DNA from: a virus
Direction: 5' to 3' (one strand)
Length of the DNA stretch: 64,000 nt
IMG/VR virus record: IMGVR_UViG_3300038856_000064
Span: 64,001-128,000 of that record
In this document: piece by piece, positions 39,101 through 50,100 of the stretch
Numbering within the stretch: position 1 is the stretch's first letter
How the letters are laid out: each line of letters starts with the position of its first letter
Position numbers and translations under genes: made by a program
The notes under the pieces: model-generated
The model's database searches: none
What the model was told of the DNA's origin: nothing
Seen by the model: only the letters and a program-made list of their open reading frames with translations

Positions 39101-40680
39101 TCCTCTTTAGTTCCAGCAAGACCACCACCAACATTTGCTAATCCGGCTAATGGGCCATTACTAACTGAATCTGAAATTCCACTAGGTGAATATTCAATTC
39201 CTCGTCCACGATCAACTCCTGGACCGGCAGAAAAACCATTAGACCAGTCACCTATGCCCCACGCGGTATGATCGCTGGTGTCGGTGGAAAACCACCCAAG
39301 GGCGCCACCGTAGCGCGTTATAGACCCAGTAGACTGTGGGTTCATCCATCCGATCCACGTCCACTCATGACTAACGTTGATATCTGGGAAAAGATAATTT
39401 ATTCCGGACTCACCCGGAACCCTAGGGAAATCAGTAACAGGAGTAACAGTATTGTCTCGATCTACCTCCGCGTTTGGCCGAATACCGCTACCTCCGCGTA
39501 TGCCAGGAACTGGAGTTACATTCTCCATTAAGACATCTAGAAGATCATTACTATTAGCACTATTGGTTCCCGTTTGATCATCGAATGTCCAATAGGCTAC
39601 TAAGTTTGTAGATGCGGGATTCTCAGGAACAAAGTCTGGGTGTGTTGGGTCGCTAGTTGTTAAGTGATTGATGCCACTATTCATGTAGTGAGCGATACGC
39701 CCCTCTTCCATGTGTCCATCTAAGACGCAAACCCATTCATCTAGAATAGAGTTAGGTGGAATGTGGTGAGTCTCTGTAGCAGTGCCTTCCGCACATAAGG
39801 AGTCTTGAGCAAACGCCCAAATGTTTTCTGTAGCTGTTGTGCGAATGAACCTAGTATCATTGTCATTAAACTCATGAGTCGCGATCTTGGTAAGGCCACT
39901 AACGGTGGTCCCCACAAAAATGTTCACCACTCCACTGCCCTGAACATTGTTATTCCAGCCACCGGGGATCTCATTCTCTCGATGAAACTGAACTGCGACA
40001 AAAGCTGGTTCGTCGACAGGTAGTGGGTATGGGGTTCCGGCAGTATTAACAATAGTTCTAAGCGTATCACCGGCGAATCTATAACGAACAGAGAGCGAAT
40101 AATCTGATGGGCGATAGCTTAAGTTGAATGCTGAAAACGTGCCACCCTGGGCAGAGGCAAACTTATAGTTTCCGAAAATCTGTCTTGCGAATGCAGAGTT
40201 CGTGCCATCATCAGGAGGAACCTGAATCCATCCCATAACAGTAAAGCCAGACGGATATGTCGCAGCGCCCATTGGACATGGCGTGAACCCAAAGTTCGAA
40301 GCGCCAACTCCAGCATCACTGATCTGTTCAGGGTGAAAGAATAATACGTTACCGATATCTCCATTGTCCCAAGTGCTACCTCCAAACTGCGCGCCACTAA
40401 CACTATATGAGGCAAGACCCGACACAGCAGTTAAGTATGTAGTCGTTGACTGTCCACCTCTATACATTAAATGCCACTGGTGTGGTCCAGAGTCAACTAG
40501 CATACCAGACTGATATGACCTATCTAAGCTACCAGTTGCAGTTGGATAATCTTGAACCTTCAGCTCTACCGACCCTGGTGTAGCGCCCTCGTCACCAAAA
40601 CGAAACCACCACATTAATAGCGGATTATCAGACCTCCAATATAGGTCATCACTACCATGAGCTGTCCAAGCGTCTACCAT
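36184..40680 (-). CDS. multi-LamG (concanavalin A-like) virion fibre protein with 14-residue repeat stalk and C-terminal PKD/Ig-like domains
   Basis: Repeated (L/Y)xYWxFDD starts and DDW.vFSR.LTLPE.SG ends, WNHLAVTYD; FDTPGWYTI and YTMPGHYT PKD-like motifs. Confidence 0.8.
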   Translation of the reverse strand: MVDAWTAHGSDDLYWRSDNPLLMWWFRFGDEGATPGSVELKVQDYPTATGSLDRSYQSGMLVDSGPHQWHLMYRGGQSTTTYLTAVSGLASYSVSGAQFGGSTWDNGDIGNVLFFHPEQISDAGVGASNFGFTPCPMGAATYPSGFTVMGWIQVPPDDGTNSAFARQIFGNYKFASAQGGTFSAFNLSYRPSDYSLSVRYRFAGDTLRTIVNTAGTPYPLPVDEPAFVAVQFHRENEIPGGWNNNVQGSGVVNIFVGTTVSGLTKIATHEFNDNDTRFIRTTATENIWAFAQDSLCAEGTATETHHIPPNSILDEWVCVLDGHMEEGRIAHYMNSGINHLTTSDPTHPDFVPENPASTNLVAYWTFDDQTGTNSANSNDLLDVLMENVTPVPGIRGGSGIRPNAEVDRDNTVTPVTDFPRVPGESGINYLFPDINVSHEWTWIGWMNPQSTGSITRYGGALGWFSTDTSDHTAWGIGDWSNGFSAGPGVDRGRGIEYSPSGISDSVSNGPLAGLANVGGGLAGTKEDAWQLWGLVFDFKTNVIYSVRDAKRIRVEDVRIGAESGLSKEMLLSDPNSFFGWAAINDTSTTSRPLFDDWAVFSRKLTLPEMSGFALSGLVVQPDISPFSTSFKQTYGYWIFDDSNEVIYDPDGVSGVRYNDQSWYRHHLTNVSGAVEVSDTELNSTVSSNSLQVNVSGSIVLTERAFTGSILDFSTSSLMSSSGFSAGAFVYLPSGDLETQGNGSSGLYGDHHIMGSWGTEADNNSWQLGISDNIPFLNVRIGDSSIDTVTANEEVPFDTPFFIAASVRPSGGSTIANLYVNTDDVDDATLLRNVGYSPSLTSLDALHTSTPSGFSLFNVAGRQQGFPSGTLIQAPFVYAGGASHDELSKVGRLGFNNDTLGTNSVSNTDPANISHWRFDRAGKFAIDFGREQNHLFPVNEDGHGLGVQPAIHESGAVVRQTEYFDTIPNNSQAKRLDLGSGSQSWTALGWVIPPSVSATDEHVILNKGSGPDSSPTGVKIYSPSDSLQAIAVASGDVTTSAQNGDLAPQQWNHLAVTYDRDNDEFAVMVNGRYAGTSFVDLVEVPINNSGLALGGRGDAESDALAGGSAFSGLLDDWMLFSRALTLPEISGLAANSYNFNTGTQNEDTTVGMWIEGLAQNIVSGLVGAYMYGVGEQTALTAGHISGVSGTVSTYGGYIHGKIITSGLVGGFLHGADSQSGIFGHFMRGVDVVSGLVGHYMFGSCETSNEFDATLTFQIVTSSDFDARLAVEKTEIYSFDAKLGVIRITQPPECTLELPVVGTITSGLPYTLTVRGSGIAQDDKDITQVRFTFADFKGAEKGTLIDGVPFSGLYEASRVFDTPGWYTIKIEVLDSYGYRTSCARPFLLLPSGSTSGAYLATLPGISLSGTPTTGSSIHRAFLTHSLSGLDTTSGILEYTDFADMQESLVNSLEVPSGTQFIDFVRTHDYTMPGHYTPVWAMSGQWGIVSDSLSDGIDYLE
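36829..37206 (-). repeat. nine tandem 14-codon protein repeats
   Basis: NIVSGLVGAYMYGV / GEQTALTAGHISGV / SGTVSTYGGYIHGK / IITSGLVGGFLHGA / DSQSGIFGHFMRGV / DVVSGLVGHYMFGS, then three FDA-type units; 378 nt = 9 x 42. Confidence 0.8.
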
Positions 40681-40681
40681 A

Positions 40682-41179
40682 TTATGATTCTAGATGTACT
40701 GTTCCTAAATACGGATCAACAATGTAAGTCTGAATGACATCGTCACTATTATCCAAGCCAACTAATTTAATTGCTACCAGACGATAATCATATGGAGTGG
40801 GACGACATGTCGCGACCCAATCAAACCCCCCACTATCATGATCTAGGTGCTCAAATACGACAGCTAGAGATCCTAGGGCAAAATCTTCATCAGGACAAAA
40901 TCTACATTCATAGGAGTTCCCGTTGTCGCACAAAACTGACACCCTATCTTCTTTTGGGGAATACCCAACAACCATTCCATGATGTTTATGAACACTATTA
41001 ATCGCCGTTCCTACAACCCTTACGGCATTAAGTGTAGTCGGGAAAATGACCTTGCAACTTCTGCTTATCTCAAAGGCGTCATGATAATCTACATATACAC
41101 GAACACCTTTTAGTGCCCCATTATCTCCATATGTAAATGGCTCATAAGTCAGATTATGACTAAAAAGTGTACCTTCCAA
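40682..41179 (-). CDS. hypothetical protein
   Basis: 165 aa, TTG start with AGGA upstream. Confidence 0.6.
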   Translation of the reverse strand: MEGTLFSHNLTYEPFTYGDNGALKGVRVYVDYHDAFEISRSCKVIFPTTLNAVRVVGTAINSVHKHHGMVVGYSPKEDRVSVLCDNGNSYECRFCPDEDFALGSLAVVFEHLDHDSGGFDWVATCRPTPYDYRLVAIKLVGLDNSDDVIQTYIVDPYLGTVHLES

Positions 41180-41198
41180 AATCCTACCCTAATCCTAT

Positions 41199-41233
41199 AA
41201 AAAGCGGCTACCTTCACCAACGAAGGCAGCCGC
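41199..41233 (-). terminator. rho-independent terminator
   Basis: GCGGCUGCCUUC-GUUGGU-GAAGGUAGCCGC followed by UUUUU. Confidence 0.85.
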
Positions 41234-41257
41234 CAAAACCGCTATGATTTATTCATA

Positions 41258-41443
41258 TCACGCAATCGTGAATGGGTTCGTTAGTGTGACTTCTGTGACC
41301 GCTAGACGCGACACGAATTGTGCAACACCAACAAAAGCACCATCACTAATACGACGATCGCTGTACTGGAGTAGCGTGCGGGACGCACTCATACGCATAC
41401 GATTGACGTTATTGTTGCTGCTTGCTGCGTTAATAGTTGCCAT
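41258..41443 (-). CDS. 61-aa protein with its own promoter and terminator, probably highly expressed late
   Basis: AGGAGGT RBS, class II promoter upstream, terminator downstream. Confidence 0.8.
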   Translation of the reverse strand: MATINAASSNNNVNRMRMSASRTLLQYSDRRISDGAFVGVAQFVSRLAVTEVTLTNPFTIA

Positions 41444-41503
41444 GGTTACCTCCTAAATAAAGAACTAGTTCTTTGCTAGCATGGGGGATTATCCCCTAGG
41501 TTG

Positions 41504-41514
41504 TAATACACTAA
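41504..41514 (-). promoter_or_regulatory. class II (late-type) promoter
   Basis: TTAGTGTATTA. Confidence 0.7.
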
Positions 41515-41527
41515 AACACTAGCTTTT

Positions 41528-42118
41528 CTAATAGAAATCGTAGCTCAGCCTTACACGAAGTAGCCCACTACCACAAACGCCGTATGTTCCTACGGGAAAC
41601 GAGGCATCTAGAAACAATCTTAGATAAATCCACTCAGAGACATTACTGTCATTAAAGCTAGTGATATTGGATCCGCCATCGATACGACGCACGTTAAATT
41701 GGTCCGGAACGGTTTCTGAAAGGGTCTGGCCAGCGCCACTTGGGAAGTTAAAATTAGGGGTCCATACCCCGCTAGTCTGAAATTGTAGATGTGATCCATC
41801 TAGATCTAAAACTGTCCCCGATCCTGCCGGGAGCCAAAGTTTCATATTCGTTACTGCCGAAAGACCAGATGCCTGTAAGTCCCCAAAGTTAGGAAAACAA
41901 AAATTTATGACTGTGATGTCCGACCCAACAAATGGGTCTCCAGCGCCTAGGTTTAGACGTAAGTTATTAAATGCCATTGCGTTAGAGCAACCGACACCCA
42001 CCACCTTGTCAAAGGCAAATCCTCCCGAAACTATATGACGTGTTCCGATAGGATCTGCAAGCTCGGAATTTTTCCAACTAGCAAATCTAATCTCGGGGAG
42101 TGGTAAGGCACTTGTCAT
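41528..42118 (-). CDS. tail-tip structural protein (paralog of 42128..42658)
   Basis: SEWIYLRLFLDASFPVGTYGVCGSG..R...YDF matches the neighbour's C-terminus. Confidence 0.65.
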   Translation of the reverse strand: MTSALPLPEIRFASWKNSELADPIGTRHIVSGGFAFDKVVGVGCSNAMAFNNLRLNLGAGDPFVGSDITVINFCFPNFGDLQASGLSAVTNMKLWLPAGSGTVLDLDGSHLQFQTSGVWTPNFNFPSGAGQTLSETVPDQFNVRRIDGGSNITSFNDSNVSEWIYLRLFLDASFPVGTYGVCGSGLLRVRLSYDFY

Positions 42119-42127
42119 TATATAACC

Positions 42128-42658
42128 TCACGAGAAGTCATAAATCATCTTATATCTAAAGCTTCCTGCCGAACATCCACCGTAACTTCCGTAAGGGACA
42201 TCAGTATCTACATAAACAGCTAGATAAATATATTGACTCACATGTCCGTCAAAGATCCCGCTAATCGTTGGGGCACCACTTGTGCTAATCACATTTTGCG
42301 ATGCTGGCTCAGATACCGGCAGGTCTGCGTCTGTCAACTCAAGCTGAAATCCCGGTCCCTGAAAATGGGTTGCAGTTTTATAGAGAAATCTGTAGCTTCC
42401 AGTATTAAACGCAGTTCCACTATCTAAAAAGAACTTTAGATTATAGATGCCAGATGCATCAGCAAGATCTGTTGCTCTAAAAATTAGAAGCTTTGTTTCA
42501 CTTATAGAACCTGAGGTTGTGGTATTTGTATTCCCAAAATCCAAGCAGCCAGTCACACTAGTATCTAAAACTTTGATTCCACTAGCAGAAATATCACGAA
42601 AACCACTGGGGTCGACGTCTTTTGAGAACTGGATAAATTCTACTGATGGAAAGGCCAT
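42128..42658 (-). CDS. tail-tip structural protein
   Basis: SQYIYLAVYVDTDVPYGSYGGCSAG..R...YDF; 7 Ser-Gly in 176 aa. Confidence 0.65.
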   Translation of the reverse strand: MAFPSVEFIQFSKDVDPSGFRDISASGIKVLDTSVTGCLDFGNTNTTTSGSISETKLLIFRATDLADASGIYNLKFFLDSGTAFNTGSYRFLYKTATHFQGPGFQLELTDADLPVSEPASQNVISTSGAPTISGIFDGHVSQYIYLAVYVDTDVPYGSYGGCSAGSFRYKMIYDFS

Positions 42659-44145
42659 TAACTTACTCTCCCAAGTGTAATCTGGCCAGTATCAGATGGC
42701 ACAGAGTCGATAGGTTGTGAGAATGTCCAGGTATATGTAGTCTGTATACTCCTATTAATTCTATCTACTGTCTGGTTACGACCAGTTAGCTTGAGCGCTA
42801 TATAGTCTGCTGGATTAGGTTGTAGTTTAATCATTTCTTGCTCGGCGACCTCGATAGCTCTGTTCGTATTCAACACCTCCTGACCAGTATTTAGTGCTGT
42901 TACATTACACTGAATTGCGTAACTCCCCTCTTGTGTAGTGCACAGCTTTTGAAATATTGGACCATAGGCATTGAACGGAACTCCAATTATTGCATTAGAT
43001 ACAACAGGGTCATTTCTTTGCACTGTGCAGGACAAGTCTTGTATACCACTAGGAAGATTTTCGGTTGGGTTATCAGTATATGTTACACTATATCCAACGG
43101 TTCCGGCACATGGAGTTTGAGTAATTGATATCGCTTGTGGTCTTCCAGTGACTAAAACTCCAGAGCCACCATAGCGATCATAAACTTCTAGCGCGTCGTT
43201 AAGCCATTGTGGACGAACCAAAACATTGAATCCGCTAACAGCATTAGTAAAGCCAGTGCCTCCACTTGATCGACTGGGACCAGCAGGTGCACCATCATTC
43301 GTACGCCCCATACCTCGTACAGTGCCCTGTAGTGTGATAGTGGCAATATTATTTTCATCTAATTGGAATTGAGCAGTGCGCTCATCGGCAAATGGAAGTA
43401 GTCCAGAGACTAATTTAAAGCTTTCAGATACAGAATAGGTTCCGTCTTCAACTCCGACAGTCTCTTCGCGAGAAGTAGTAATCTCATAGAATCTAACGTT
43501 ACTACCGCTCCCAGGCTCTACGTATCCAGGAAATCCCAATGGTGCTGTACTTAGGCCAAGTAAAGATGTCACTCTATCTTTTGCGTTTTGTAACGCATTA
43601 GATGGTAGTCCTGATATTGCTGTATTGACACCTTGAGCGCTGACTGAGTGACTTATGTCAACTAGACACTCCGCCTCGTTTTCAGCATACTGCCAAGTAT
43701 TGGTAAGGTTTGTAACAAGCCCCGAAACGCCACTTGGTGCAGTGGCATCTTCTAAAACAATCGTGTAGTCAAGTCGATTATACTGAATGTCAGCATCAAT
43801 ATCTATCGACGCAACAATAGGAAAAATACCACTCTCAATTGGAGTACCAGCTATTAGACAGGGATGGTTGGCTGTTGCGCTAACCGTAAATTCGAGACTG
43901 TCCGTTGCAAAGGTATCCTCTAGCTCTCTTTGCTTCTGCCTTACGAAATGATAGCCATTACCACTAGTGAGAATTGCACCAGTTAATGTTCTAGTAGTTC
44001 TGATGACCTCTCTATTATCGGAGTCATCACGCTCAATTTGTACAGAGTGTTGGATTAACGGAGACGGTTGTAAAATCTGTCCCCCATATGCAACCTCTAT
44101 AAAGGATGGACTTAAGCCTGGTAATGTAGAGCGTGGATCAGCCAT
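42658..44145 (-). CDS. distal tail / baseplate-like protein
   Basis: Immediately downstream of the tape measure gene; beta-rich. Confidence 0.6.
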   Translation of the reverse strand: MADPRSTLPGLSPSFIEVAYGGQILQPSPLIQHSVQIERDDSDNREVIRTTRTLTGAILTSGNGYHFVRQKQRELEDTFATDSLEFTVSATANHPCLIAGTPIESGIFPIVASIDIDADIQYNRLDYTIVLEDATAPSGVSGLVTNLTNTWQYAENEAECLVDISHSVSAQGVNTAISGLPSNALQNAKDRVTSLLGLSTAPLGFPGYVEPGSGSNVRFYEITTSREETVGVEDGTYSVSESFKLVSGLLPFADERTAQFQLDENNIATITLQGTVRGMGRTNDGAPAGPSRSSGGTGFTNAVSGFNVLVRPQWLNDALEVYDRYGGSGVLVTGRPQAISITQTPCAGTVGYSVTYTDNPTENLPSGIQDLSCTVQRNDPVVSNAIIGVPFNAYGPIFQKLCTTQEGSYAIQCNVTALNTGQEVLNTNRAIEVAEQEMIKLQPNPADYIALKLTGRNQTVDRINRSIQTTYTWTFSQPIDSVPSDTGQITLGRVS

Positions 44146-44156
44146 TTAAGTTCTCA

Positions 44157-47100
44157 CTATAGTGTCGTGGGCGAAATTATGCCCCTCCTAAGGAGTTCTG
44201 TTCTTATGTTCTCTAAAACTTCATTTGCGATTCTTCGAGCTTCATCATTACTAACGAAGCCACCTAGGGATTCGGCAAGTGTCGTGGCAAGTCGCGCGAC
44301 ACCAGCTTCAAAACCAGTAACTGTTACATTCGTCTGTCCCTCGACGTTGATAGTAATTTCAGTTCCATCGCTACCTGCGACAGCGGTTGCTGTTCCAACA
44401 GTACTACCAGAAGAGTCTCGAATTGCTTCTGTCACAGCTAAGTTGCTTTCACTAGTTGTATTTAAATCCTTTAGTTGAGTCACAATATCCTCAAGACGAC
44501 GAACAGTATCATTATTTAGGTCGGAAAGATTGCCACCACCAGCGCCGGGTAATGCGCTACTAGATGCCACGGCAGTATTAACAACCGAAGGACCAGCTTG
44601 CCCCATCATCTGCTGCACCTGCGCCCTATTTCTTCCAGCCTCACGCTGAGCATCGGACAATATCTTACCATCACTCTCCGGCGTTCTGCGAGCATCTGAG
44701 CCGACCTGTGCGTTCGATACGGGAACACCACCAGAATTCATAACCTCCCGAAATGCCTCCGCTACTCTAACGCTGAAGGCATCTGGTAAGCGTGAAACAA
44801 CTGCTTCTCCGACTCGCGTAATTGCACCCGTTACGGCACTAAACCCCTGACGTTGAGTTTGCTCTTGCTGCAATAGCGTGGTATTTAATTGACCCTGTAG
44901 TTCTCCTAACTTACCTCGAAGCTTGTCGCCCTCTTCTTTAACGCGCTCAAGTTGAATCTCAGCAAGATCCTTTTGAGCCTGTGCTTGCTCTAATTGTTCT
45001 TTAGCTGCTATTACCTGTTCTTGAGAAGCAATGAGTTGTTCAGTAGCAATTTGAGCCTGCTGTTCTTGTAGACCAGCAATGCGCTCCTGAATCTCAAAGA
45101 GTGGGTCAACTTGTAGTCCCTCACCACTGACACCTAGAGAAGATGTTTCAATGGCTGTAAGCAACTGATCTGCGGTAAATCCTCCTACTTCACCACCGAC
45201 AGAACGCAACGTCTCAAGAGATGAAACAATCCTTTGTCGAGTCTCTTGTGGTAGTGCCAATAGCTGGGCACCAAGGTCATTAATAGCGCTCTCTCCGAGC
45301 TTCTTAAACTCACCAAAACTTCCACCAAGTAAGTCAGCAACGGCTCCAGCTTCCTGTATCCCGCTGAATAAATCAGCTTGGTCCTGGGTCGAACTAGTAA
45401 AGAAGTTACGAGCTAACTGTGATTGTTCCTGTAGTAGATTATTAAAGAGTGTGAGTTGCTGATTGATGGACTCTCGACGAATTTCAACTAGAGTCTTTTC
45501 GCTCGCCCCCAAGTCTCGTGCCAAACGTTCGGCAGAACGGAATGTGTCTTGTACTGCGCCGATCTCTTGACGTAGCCCACTAAAGCCACCAGTGATCTTT
45601 GTAGTCTCGACAGCAGCTAGAGATAGGCCAAGGTTGTAGCGAGTGGTTGCCATTATGGCGCCGTCCACCGCTTGTAAATAGCTCTCAAAAGCATCGCCGA
45701 CCGCAGCAGTAGCCTCTATGACTGCTCGTTGTGCATCGACCTGCTCTTGGGCATTTCCTACTAGCTCTTGGGAAACCTGCTTGATCGCCTCTCTGCGCTT
45801 CTGAATTATCTGAGCCTCAGCCTGAGCCTGCTCTAATGCAAGCGCCGCCCCACGCTTCTTGATGTCGGATAGTCGCGCCTCCTTCTCTGCCTGGTCAGTT
45901 ATCGTAGCGTTTACTACAGTAGCTTCTGCGGCTAGCTCGGCTTGAGAAACCCTGAATTCTGCACCTAGAGTATTAAGTTCAGCATTAAACTTACTCATTT
46001 CAGATTGATCTACAGAAAGTAACTTACTAATCTCGGCTAGACCAGTAATGCGCTTTTTCTCAAACTCAGCGGCGACCTTCGCAGCATTCGTAGCCTCCTT
46101 AGCCACGGACAACGTATTACGAATTGATGCAATGCGCTGCTTAGCAAGTGACTCTTCTAGCTTGATAGACTCTTGTACGCGCTCATCCTCAAGTGTCTTT
46201 AGCTGATCTAAAACACCAACACGATTTTGCTCTGTGGTCTCAATCGCATTAAGCTTCATAATTTCTGCATCTAGACCAGAAAGACGACTCTGGGATGCGG
46301 CAATGACACCATCCGCAAGGCGTGCCTCTATCTCTCTTTCTGCAACTAGACGACGAATACCCGTTAACTCCTCAGAGATGGCGCGAGCGTTAAGCGCAGT
46401 AACCTCTCGACGACGCTGATCAAGGGCAATAGTTTTTTGCTCTTCGGTTAATCTCTTCTTTAGGGCATCTACCATCGCCTTATTACTGGTTATCGTAGCC
46501 TGCAAGGCTTCTGTATCAAGCTTTGTAAATGTCTTAAGTAATCCGAGAACCCCATCAGTTACCTTCTTAATCTGCTCGTCATTTACTCCAGTAAGATCTA
46601 ATCCTCCGCGTGCATTTTGAAGTGCTGCTCGCTGAGCATCGGGGTCTATAACGCCCTCATCTGCAAGCTTTCGCCCCGTATCAAACAATGTCTTAAATAG
46701 GTCCTTTAGTGCGCCACCAGTAGTTCTTACAGCAGCATCTCTGATCTTGTTGGCATCGCTCTCGTCGATCTCAAATAGTTCAGCTAAGTCAATATTATCT
46801 AAGCCATTTAAGAAATCCTTCATATTACGACCAGAATCCTTAATACGCCGTTCGGCATCTTGAGGTATAATACCCTCTCCTAACTTAGCACGAAGAGCAT
46901 CTAGATTACCAAATTGACGTTCGCCAGGCCCGGCAATAGTCTGGAATTCTACCCTGGCCTTTTGTAAGGCATCTGATTTTTCGAGATCTGCACGACGTGT
47001 TAAAGACTTCGCCGTCTCTGACGCATGCCTAGCGAGGGCATCCGCAAGCTCAATCTGTGGAGTCGTTGCCTTTAGCCTGGTCTCGTTAAGCTTCCCTACC

Positions 47101-50100
47101 TCACGACCGAATTCGGATATAAATTCTCGTAACGCGAATTGTAGCTTGTCTACTGGTTCGTCAAGGAAGCGGTCAAACTTATCTAATGGAAGCTCTAGCC
47201 TAATGCTGCTAAATGCATCAGCAACTCGCTCCTGAGATTTAATAATGCGATCTTGAGCTTTTGCGCTAGCTTCTGCCCCCACATCCTTTCTTATCAGTTC
47301 GCCAATACGCTTTAGAATTTCTGGAGTAGCCTGACCGATACCCTGCGTACCGACATTTTGTCTTTTAGTTGCAAAACTACTAGCCTGATCGACAAGAGAC
47401 TGAAGTTCACCTCTTCCGGCGCTGCTAACAATATTTTCTCCTGAGCCACCCTGCAAGATAGTTTTACCAGTAAGAACATCAGCTAGTGTTTCCCTAACAA
47501 TTTTTTGAGCTTCTTCGCCACCTTGCCCCAGGGCTATCGCAGAAACTGCTTCCTTAAATTTACCAGCCTGCTCTTCTGCTGCACGCGCAATCTGACCACC
47601 AGCGGGAATCAATACATCTAATCCCTCGATAAATCCCTCTACGTCCCTACTAAGCGTTTGCTCTGCCTTCTTAATGGCGTCAGCAGTCAATGGCTTGTTA
47701 CGAACCCTGGATATCTCTTCATCAAAAATTTGACGAACCTGATCCGTAGAAGTTCCGAATGACTCTGCTAGGGATAGGGTTTCTCTTTCCAACTCACGTA
47801 ATGTAGTTTCGCCAATCTCATTAAGGATTGGTGAACTCTTTAGTAATAGATCAGATGCTGATAAGTCTAGTTGCTCTCCAGTGCGTGCCTCAAGCGTCTT
47901 ACTCAATGCTTGAAAAATTCTAGCATTTTGTTCTGCGGCAGATGCAGATCTATCAAAGCTAGCTCGCAAACCTTGCTGGGCACTTTGTCTTGAGCCCTGA
48001 ATCTTTTCTTTTCTTGCCTGTGCCCCACCTGGATCAAATAAATCCTGAAGACGTCCCTCTTCTAGCTTAAGTTCAAAATTCTTGAAAGACTTGAGGTTAC
48101 GCAATGACTCATCTAATTTTTGAGCTACCGCACTCGTAATCTCTCCATTCTCTGTTTGAACAATGCCAAGCTCTATATAACGACGACGTAATTCGTCAGT
48201 TTGATTACCTGCATCACTGAATGTCCTAACTAGTCCAGGGATAGCCCCGGCTAGGGCACCAACCCCAGCACCTATTGCTGTACCTACGCCAGGTATGAAT
48301 GATCCAAGCAATGCTCCTGTGCCGGCGCCACCCAATGCTCCACCACCTATATCAGCAGCAGCACCTAATCCTGTACTTCCCCCTTTATTAAGACCATTAC
48401 TAAGGCTTTGTAACGCTCCACCAGCAACAGAGGCAGCTAGCCCAACAAATGTAATATGTCGAGATGCAAATTGTAATGCCTTACTGGCACCATTAGTAAC
48501 AGAGCCAAAACGCCCCACAGCCTTGGTCGGTTCCTGAATGGCTCTACCAGTTGCTATAATATCTATCCCCTGGCTAGTCATATTGCCACGAGCGCGATTT
48601 GCTACACCTTCCTGGCCTGCTGCCGAGCCTAAATATGCCGCGGCTCGAGCCTTCGCCATGCGCTCAGCCTGCTTTGCAGCAAAGAGCGCAGATGCTGACA
48701 ACCCCTTCATTTGGTTATTAGCTTCGGCAGTTAGCATTGCAGTTCTCTGCATGGCCGTATTCATTCTACCCTCGACAGTCTGAGCTACCATCTTACCTTG
48801 AGCGTCAATCTTCCCCATCCCTACGGCAGCCTTATCCTGGCTATGAATAAAGAAACTAATCGCCCTCTTGATACCTATAAACATAGGAATCAAAACTTTT
48901 GCAGCAAGACCAACAGCTAGGAATCCAGTGAATGTAGATGCTGCTCCCCCCAACGCTCTATCGAGTTGGGCAATAGATGTTGCAACCGCCTCGACCCCTT
49001 TTAGAGCACCAATAAACATTTCACCTAGGACACCTTCTGAAGTAGTCCTAACTAGTTGCTGGAATGCGATCTGCAATCTAGCAATAACATTAGCCAACTT
49101 AGACTGTTCTGCACGCTGCTTACGGGTTGCGTCACCCGTTGCTTCGATTAACTGGTTCGTAACATCTTGGGTCCTTCCGAAGTCTTGTAGGGCGGCACGG
49201 AAAATTTCAACCTGACGAATACCAGCAGCCTTGACCGCAACATCAGCCTGCTCAGACTCTGTGAGTGTCTGAAACGCTACAGCAGTATCCTGTAATACAT
49301 CAAATAGGTTACGCAAATTACCCTGCGTATCGATAGTCTGGACACCGATCGCATTTAGGGCTTTAGTTGCATCAGAAGTCGAACTAGAAATTCTAGATGC
49401 TAGGGTCTTTAATGCAGTACCAACAACATCACCACCACGCTGAGTTCTTTCTTGCAAAACGGAGATTACGGCAGTCGCTTGCTCGATGGTAGCTCCAGTC
49501 GCAAAGATAGAAGCTGCTGAGCGCTTAAAAGCCTGTTGAACATCGGTAGCCTTAGATGCAGTAATATCCTCTGCTTTACCTAATACGTCGAAAAGCTTAG
49601 TCGTCGTGACAAGTTCTTTACTTAAACCACGAACATTAGCTTCTACTTGCTGAATAATCTGAACAAATAACTGGCTTGATTGAGCAGCATCTAGCGTCGT
49701 TCCCTGTAGGCCAGTTAACGCTCTATCGGTAAGTTCGACTACAGTTCCATAGCCGCGACCAGCCAAACCTGCGCGAGCAAACTCTTGAGCAATATTAATT
49801 GTTTGATCTACTGCAACTCCAGTCTTTGATGATAATCCGAATAGATCGTTTCCGACCATTTGTAGCGTCTTATCACTTGTTTGGAGGATCTTGTTTAATT
49901 CAATTAGAGAATCATTAAAGTCAATAACAAATTTGACAGCAGCTTGTACTGCATTCACGACAGTATTAATAGCAATTGCTACACCACGGAAGGCTGCGGC
50001 CTTTCGCCCTACCTCAAATGTTAGATCCTCTAGGTCCTTCATTTTTAGGTTGGCCTTCTCCGTACTGCTAGTTACCTCTTTTATGCCACGAGATAATCGA

